Part shown: in pieces, positions 58,873 to 64,000 of the stretch | Numbering within the stretch: position 1 is the stretch's first letter | How the letters are laid out: each line of letters starts with the position of its first letter | Assembly (NCBI GenBank): GCA_021735045.1 | Contig: JAIPHU010000004.1 | Span: forward strand, 2,929-66,928 | Source: Candidatus Omnitrophota bacterium | Lineage (GTDB): Bacteria > Omnitrophota > Gorgyraeia > Duberdicusellales > 4484-171 | Direction: 5' to 3' | Length of the DNA stretch: 64,000 nt | The notes under the pieces: generated by a model | Database searches by the model: none | Told to the model about the DNA's origin: nothing | What the model saw: only the letters and a program-made list of their open reading frames with translations | Program-made: the position numbers and the translations under genes

Positions 58873-59369
58873 GTAAAAAAAATTTAAAAATTATAGGTAT
58901 TATCTTATTAGCTCTTTTAATAGATATTCTTAGGCCCTTTGATTATTTTTTTTTAGTCAACCTTACCTTTTTGACTATAATTATTTTATCTTTTCACAAT
59001 AATTTGTTTTTTAGCCTCTTTACTTCTCTATTTGCCGGTTTTGCCCAAGATACTTTAGTTTTTTCATCAAATTTATTTTACACTATAGAATACCCTCTGA
59101 TAGTTATAGCTGTATTTTTGCTAAATAATTTCCTAAAGTTTATAAAAACAAGACATCACCCCTTAATTCCAAAAGCAATAATCGCAGCTTTTTTAATATT
59201 AGTGCATTCTTTCTTAAATATTTTAAGAATAGGTTCTGGTAATTTTTCTTTTTTAACTTATTTTTTTATCCAATCCTATCTTGTTTTTTTTCTTATCGAT
59301 AATATTTTGGAAAAAGCGCTAAAACCTAAACGCTATCAACTTTTTAACAAAAAAGATTATGTTATTTAA
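58869..59369 (+). CDS. mreD: rod shape-determining protein MreD (by position and topology)
   Basis: A 166-aa polytopic membrane protein between mreC and mrdA. Confidence 0.5.
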   Translation: MSKKNLKIIGIILLALLIDILRPFDYFFLVNLTFLTIIILSFHNNLFFSLFTSLFAGFAQDTLVFSSNLFYTIEYPLIVIAVFLLNNFLKFIKTRHHPLIPKAIIAAFLILVHSFLNILRIGSGNFSFLTYFFIQSYLVFFLIDNILEKALKPKRYQLFNKKDYVI

Positions 59370-61092
59370 TCCAAAAAGCTTTTTTTCTAAAAACCAGTCT
59401 TCTGTTAAACTACTTAAGAGAGTTGTCCTAATTAGTTTTTCTCTTCTTTTATTGGTGCTTTTTAACTACCAAATAACTAAAGGCAGTTACTATCTAAGGC
59501 GGGCTCAAAATAACTATGTTCGAGTAATACCTCTATATTCATTACGTGGCTCTATATTTGATCGAAATGGTGTAGTTTTAGCCAAAGATATGGCATCTTT
59601 TAATCTTGCCGTGTTTCCTTATCAGATAAAAAATAAAAAAGATAGTTTATTTAAAAAAATATCTCAGGATCTTGGTTTAGATCAAAAAATAATTTATAAA
59701 AACTATAAAAAAAATTTAAGGGGTTTTTTTAGCCCTACCAATATAGTTACCAATATTAGCAAAAAAAAAGCACTTCACTTAAAAGAAGCTTATCCTAAAA
59801 GTTTATCGATTAATCCTACTCCGCAGAGAAAATATCTTAGGCCTCTAGAAACAGCTCATATCTTAGGTTATGTCAAAAAAGCATCTTCCTTAAAAAAACA
59901 GTTAAAAAAATATGGATATAAACCGTTAGAGCGAATTGGAATTTATGGCATCGAACAATATTATGACTCTTACCTAAAAGGAAAAAATGGTGGTGACTTA
60001 ATCGAAGTTGATGCAGCCGGAAATGTAGTAGGTTTCCTGGGACGAAAAAGAGCTTATAGAGGTAAGGATATATACTTGACAATTGATAGTAGGGCTCAAG
60101 AAATAGCTAAAAAATCACTCAACAAAAGGAAAGGAACGATTATTTTTCTTGATTCAAACTCTGGAGAAATAATTACTTTATATTCTTCACCTTCCTTTGA
60201 CCCAAACCTTTTTATTAAAGGTAAAGACCTGGGCTCAATATATAAAAATAAAGCAAGCCCCTTGATAAACCGTGCCACCCAAAGTACTTTCCCAGTTGGA
60301 TCTTTAATTAAACCTCTGCTTGCTATTGCCGGCCTTCAAGAAAACAAAATAAAACCAACAACAACCTTTAACTGTAAAGGCCATCTTGTTTTAGGAAGTA
60401 ATCGTTTCAAGTGTTGGGGTACCCATGGAGTTCAAGATCTATATCAAGCTCTAGCTCATTCTTGTAATATTTATTTTTATAAGTTAGGATTAATAATTGG
60501 TCCCAAAAAGATCAGTAGTTGGGCTAAAAAATTTGGCCTAGATTCAAAAACTTTTATCGATCTCCCTTATGAAAAAAAAGGTTTTGTGCCATCACCTCAA
60601 TGGAAAAAGGACAAATTTAACCAAAGCTGGTATGCAGGCGACACCCTTAATTTATCAATTGGCCAAGGTTATCTACACACAACACCACTTGCAATAACTT
60701 TAGCCATAAACTCAATAGCTAACCAAGGCTATCTTGTTGAACCGATATTGCTTAAAGAAGTAGAGGATGCAGAGGCTTCACTTGCCTTTAGGAGAACCTT
60801 AAATATAGCTGGAGAAAATCTTAAAATTGTCAAAAAAGGTTTAAGAAAAACAGTTAATCAATCTTCTGGTACAGCTAGAATACTTAAGAACCTCTCTTTA
60901 GAAATTTCTGGAAAAACCGGGACTGCTCAAACCAGCGGCAGGTCACATGGATGGTTTGTTGGTTTTTTCCCCTACAAACAGCCAAAATATACAATCTCGG
61001 TATTTTTAGAAAATGGTGGATCTAGCCATCAAGCTCTACGGATCGCCTATAGTTTTCTTGATAAATTAAAAAGAAATAATATTATAAAATAG
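59359..61092 (+). CDS. mrdA: penicillin-binding protein 2 (peptidoglycan D,D-transpeptidase)
   Basis: SLIK (SxxK), SCN (SxN) and KTGTAQ (KTG) motifs. N-terminal TM anchor. Confidence 0.85.
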   Translation: MLFNPKSFFSKNQSSVKLLKRVVLISFSLLLLVLFNYQITKGSYYLRRAQNNYVRVIPLYSLRGSIFDRNGVVLAKDMASFNLAVFPYQIKNKKDSLFKKISQDLGLDQKIIYKNYKKNLRGFFSPTNIVTNISKKKALHLKEAYPKSLSINPTPQRKYLRPLETAHILGYVKKASSLKKQLKKYGYKPLERIGIYGIEQYYDSYLKGKNGGDLIEVDAAGNVVGFLGRKRAYRGKDIYLTIDSRAQEIAKKSLNKRKGTIIFLDSNSGEIITLYSSPSFDPNLFIKGKDLGSIYKNKASPLINRATQSTFPVGSLIKPLLAIAGLQENKIKPTTTFNCKGHLVLGSNRFKCWGTHGVQDLYQALAHSCNIYFYKLGLIIGPKKISSWAKKFGLDSKTFIDLPYEKKGFVPSPQWKKDKFNQSWYAGDTLNLSIGQGYLHTTPLAITLAINSIANQGYLVEPILLKEVEDAEASLAFRRTLNIAGENLKIVKKGLRKTVNQSSGTARILKNLSLEISGKTGTAQTSGRSHGWFVGFFPYKQPKYTISVFLENGGSSHQALRIAYSFLDKLKRNNIIK

Positions 61093-61098
61093 AACAAA

Positions 61099-62196
61099 AT
61101 GAATTTTTTAAAAAGAATTAGCAAGGAATTTACCGGTTTAAAGACAATAGTTTTATCTCTAGTTCTACTTAATTTAATAAGTATAGCTTCTCTTTACAGT
61201 AGCCTACATCAACAAGGTCAATTTGTCGGAGGCGACTTTTTTAGTAAACAATTAACCTGGATTGCTTTTTCCTGGATTGTTTTTATAATTTTTAACTTTA
61301 TAAACTACCGCCTTTATTATAATTTATCTTTTATAATTTATACCTTAAGTATAATTTTAATTGGAGCGGTTTATTTTACCGGACATGAAGCTATGGGAGC
61401 TCAACGCTGGCTTTCAATCGGTGGTTTTAGTTTCCAGCCTTCGGAGTTATCTAAACTAGCGATTATAATAGTTATGGCCCGTTTTTTTTCCCATCCGCCG
61501 GCCAATAATTTTTTAAAAGATTTTTTCCTACCTTTTTCTTTTGTAGGTTTATCTGCTTTTATAATTTTTAGCCAGCCTGACTTAGGTACAGCCATAATGG
61601 TGATTTTGATAGCCTTTGCTATAGGACTTTTTTCAAAAGTTAATAAAAAATATTTTGTCTGGGTTTTAATCGCTGTCTTAATCGCGGCTCCTTTTAGTTG
61701 GACTTTTCTTAAAAGTTATCAAAAAAAACGATTAACTGCTTTTGTTAACCCAAACATTGACCCCCTTGGATCTGGTTATACAATAATTCAATCAAAGATT
61801 GCAATTGGTTCAGGCCAAGTTTTTGGTAAAGGATTTCTAGCCGGTACGCAAAACCAATTTAACTTTTTACCAGAAAGGCATACTGATTTTATCTTTACGG
61901 TTATTGCCGAAGAATGGGGGTTTTTAGGTTCTCTTTTTCTTCTTTTTATCTATTGGTTAATAATCAAAAAAATATTTGACCGATTAAAAAAAATTCGAGA
62001 TCCTTTTGCCTACTATTTAACTGTAGGTATTGGTATCTATTTTTTTCTTCACGTATTTATAAATATCGGAATGACCCTGGGAATCTTTCCGGTTGTTGGT
62101 CTACCTCTACTTTTTGTTAGCTACGGAGGCTCTCATCTTATATCCAGTTTTATCCTTTTAGGAATATTCTTTAATATCTCACGAAATTATAAATAA
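61099..62196 (+). CDS. rodA: SEDS-family peptidoglycan polymerase RodA
   Basis: A 10-TM FtsW/RodA/SpoVE-family profile following mrdA. Confidence 0.85.
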   Translation: MNFLKRISKEFTGLKTIVLSLVLLNLISIASLYSSLHQQGQFVGGDFFSKQLTWIAFSWIVFIIFNFINYRLYYNLSFIIYTLSIILIGAVYFTGHEAMGAQRWLSIGGFSFQPSELSKLAIIIVMARFFSHPPANNFLKDFFLPFSFVGLSAFIIFSQPDLGTAIMVILIAFAIGLFSKVNKKYFVWVLIAVLIAAPFSWTFLKSYQKKRLTAFVNPNIDPLGSGYTIIQSKIAIGSGQVFGKGFLAGTQNQFNFLPERHTDFIFTVIAEEWGFLGSLFLLFIYWLIIKKIFDRLKKIRDPFAYYLTVGIGIYFFLHVFINIGMTLGIFPVVGLPLLFVSYGGSHLISSFILLGIFFNISRNYK

Positions 62197-62209
62197 GAAC
62201 AACTAAATA

Positions 62210-63844
62210 ATGTTTAATTTTTCAAAGTTTCAAAAACCACAACGCTATATCGGCAATGAGTTAAATGTAATCAAAAAAGATCATTACAAAAAAACCTCCT
62301 TCTGTCTTTGTTACCCCAACCTTTATGAGATTGGAATGGATAATTTAGGCCTACGAATCATCTATGGCCTCCTCAATTCTTACCCTGATATTGTTTGTGA
62401 ACGTTGTTTTTTACCCGGCTCAGATCTTCAGGAATTTTTAGAAAAAAAACATCAGCCATTGTTTTCACTGGAGACTAAAACGCCTTTGCTTGATTTTGAT
62501 TTAATTGGATTTAACTTTGGCTATGAACTGAATTATTTAAATTTTCTCCAAATGCTTGAAAGTGGAGGGGTCTGTTTAAAAAGCAAAAATCGTAAAAAGA
62601 TAATCGTCTTGGGCGGCGGAGTTGCTAACCCAGAGCCCTTGGCAGATTTTGTCGATGTTTTTTGCCTGGGAGATTTTGAGGCAGTATCGAATAAGCTGGT
62701 TGAAGTGTTACGAAAACACAAAGATAAGGCCAGCCGCCTAAAAGAACTTTCACAAAGGGAAAGTTTTTATGTCCCCCAATTTTATGACTTATCTTTTTCT
62801 AAGAACTATTATCAATTAGAAAAAAAGTACCGCAAAGCAAATCCTATAATCAAACAAAGTAAAGTCAAAAATTTAGATAAAAGTTTTTTTCCACTTAATT
62901 GGATAACTCCTCATACTAAACTCACTCAAGATAGAGTACCAATTGAGATAGCAAGAGGCTGTCCTAATAACTGCAATTTTTGCCAAGCTAGAAATATCTA
63001 TTATCCTTATCGGGAAAAAAAAGTTAAAACTATTTTAAATACAATTAAAACTGTATATAAAAATAGCGGTTACGAAAGGTTCTCGTTACTCTCACTTTCT
63101 ACCTCTAACTACTCACAGATAAAAAAGCTAATAAATGCTATTTTTCCTTTTATAAAGGAAAATAAAATTTCTATAAACTTACCTTCCTTAAGGATTGGAG
63201 ATGAAATTGAACCTCTTTATAAAAAACTACTGACAATCCAAAAGACATCACTAACTGTAGCTATAGAAGCCGGTAGGCCCTATCTTAGAAAAAAAATAAA
63301 TAAAAATATTGCGGTTGATAAGTTATTTGATTCTGCTGCTAGCTTGCATAGTCTAGGCCTAAGGATGATTAAGGTTTACTTTATGTATGGCTTCCCCAAA
63401 GAAGAGAAAAAAGATCTTTTAGCTATAGGTAATCTCATAAAAAACCTGCTGAAAAAAACTCCTTTTAAAATTAACATCAGTATTAATTTGTTTATTCCCA
63501 AACCATTTTCGCCGTGGGAAAATAAGCCGCTTTTAGGCCCCGCTAAAGCGAAAAACAACAAAAAGATTATTTTAACTAATATACCCAGGAGTAAACGGCT
63601 TAAAATTTCTTTTTCCAATATTGATACAAGTTTAATCGAGGCTATAATTTCACGGGGCGACCGCAACCTTGGCCCCGTATTTGTGCAATTGCACAAACGA
63701 AGAAAAGAACTTATTGAAAAAAATTTATTATTTAGTTGGCCGGCCTGGAAAGATATTTTAGAAAAAAAAGGTATTAATTGGCAAAGATATATTAAATCTG
63801 AAACAAAAAACTTTCCTTGGTCTTTTATTAAGGATAAAGGATAA
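62210..63844 (+). CDS. radical SAM protein (CxxxCxxC) with N-terminal B12-binding-like region
   Basis: IEIARGCPNNCNFCQA. Confidence 0.7.
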   Translation: MFNFSKFQKPQRYIGNELNVIKKDHYKKTSFCLCYPNLYEIGMDNLGLRIIYGLLNSYPDIVCERCFLPGSDLQEFLEKKHQPLFSLETKTPLLDFDLIGFNFGYELNYLNFLQMLESGGVCLKSKNRKKIIVLGGGVANPEPLADFVDVFCLGDFEAVSNKLVEVLRKHKDKASRLKELSQRESFYVPQFYDLSFSKNYYQLEKKYRKANPIIKQSKVKNLDKSFFPLNWITPHTKLTQDRVPIEIARGCPNNCNFCQARNIYYPYREKKVKTILNTIKTVYKNSGYERFSLLSLSTSNYSQIKKLINAIFPFIKENKISINLPSLRIGDEIEPLYKKLLTIQKTSLTVAIEAGRPYLRKKINKNIAVDKLFDSAASLHSLGLRMIKVYFMYGFPKEEKKDLLAIGNLIKNLLKKTPFKINISINLFIPKPFSPWENKPLLGPAKAKNNKKIILTNIPRSKRLKISFSNIDTSLIEAIISRGDRNLGPVFVQLHKRRKELIEKNLLFSWPAWKDILEKKGINWQRYIKSETKNFPWSFIKDKG

Positions 63845-63868
63845 AGGTTAAAGGTTAAAGGATTAAAG
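63833..63868 (+). repeat. tandem heptamer repeat (GATAAAG GATAAAG GTTAAAG GTTAAAG GATTAAAG) spanning the radical-SAM stop codon
   Basis: Read directly from the sequence. Confidence 0.6.
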
Positions 63869-64000
63869 ATGAGGTATGCAGGATATTAAATTTCCAGTTA
63901 GTTTAAAAATAGAAAAAAAGGGAAAGATGGTCTATTTTTCTCAACTTGACTTATCCCTTACCCTCAAAAGAGCCCTGCGGCGGACCGACTTGCCTAACTA

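Overview
This is an AT-rich, gene-dense bacterial chromosomal segment with almost all genes on the + strand, frequent 1-30 nt gene overlaps and many lysine-rich proteins. That fits a small-genome, probably uncultivated, lineage, but I am not asserting a taxon. Most of the window is recognisable housekeeping. This includes citrate synthase, a CcdA/TlpA thiol-reduction pair, proC, an MTA phosphorylase plus PfkB kinase, an overlapping ileS-dksA-lspA-rluD chain, aroA, valS, nadC, uvrB, coaX and groESL with a CIRCE operator. It also includes two HD-GYP signalling proteins, a four-subunit 2-oxoacid:ferredoxin oxidoreductase (porGDAB) with an extra ferredoxin, metF, trxA, a COG1579/RNase HI pair, yebC-ruvC-ruvA, scpB and metK-ahcY. 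A pfkA plus aldolase-like plus ilvD-family stretch and a complete mreBCD-mrdA-rodA rod-shape cluster finish the list. RNA genes are tRNA-Ser(UGA), tRNA-Arg(ACG), tRNA-Met(CAU) and a tmRNA (ssrA).

The non-core part begins immediately 3' of ssrA (about 32.5-38.5 kb). It carries an IS200/RayT-like Y1 transposase flanked by perfect 20-bp inverted repeats and several small orphan ORFs. It also carries a three-gene cassette (HEPN/Abi-like protein, DUF3800 protein, permuted-papain C92 amidase) bracketed by two identical 33-bp palindromic terminator-like repeats. I consider this cassette a candidate uncharacterised defence or abortive-infection module.

A second unusual signal is a pair of homologous 69-77-nt palindromic mini-elements with 8-9-bp terminal inverted repeats and a conserved GTCGGAATCCC(G/A)AC hairpin. 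Each is cleanly inserted into a duplicated tRNA fragment, one a tRNA-Arg 3' piece carrying CCA and the other a tRNA-Met 5' half. A small GIY-YIG ORF is wedged between the broken and the intact tRNA-Met. I also saw a heptanucleotide microsatellite inside valS, apparently leaderless promoter arrangements for valS and the transposase, a type IV pilin with an odd acidic Cys-containing tail, and a stand-alone LigD phosphoesterase domain. I found no CRISPR array and no rRNA genes.
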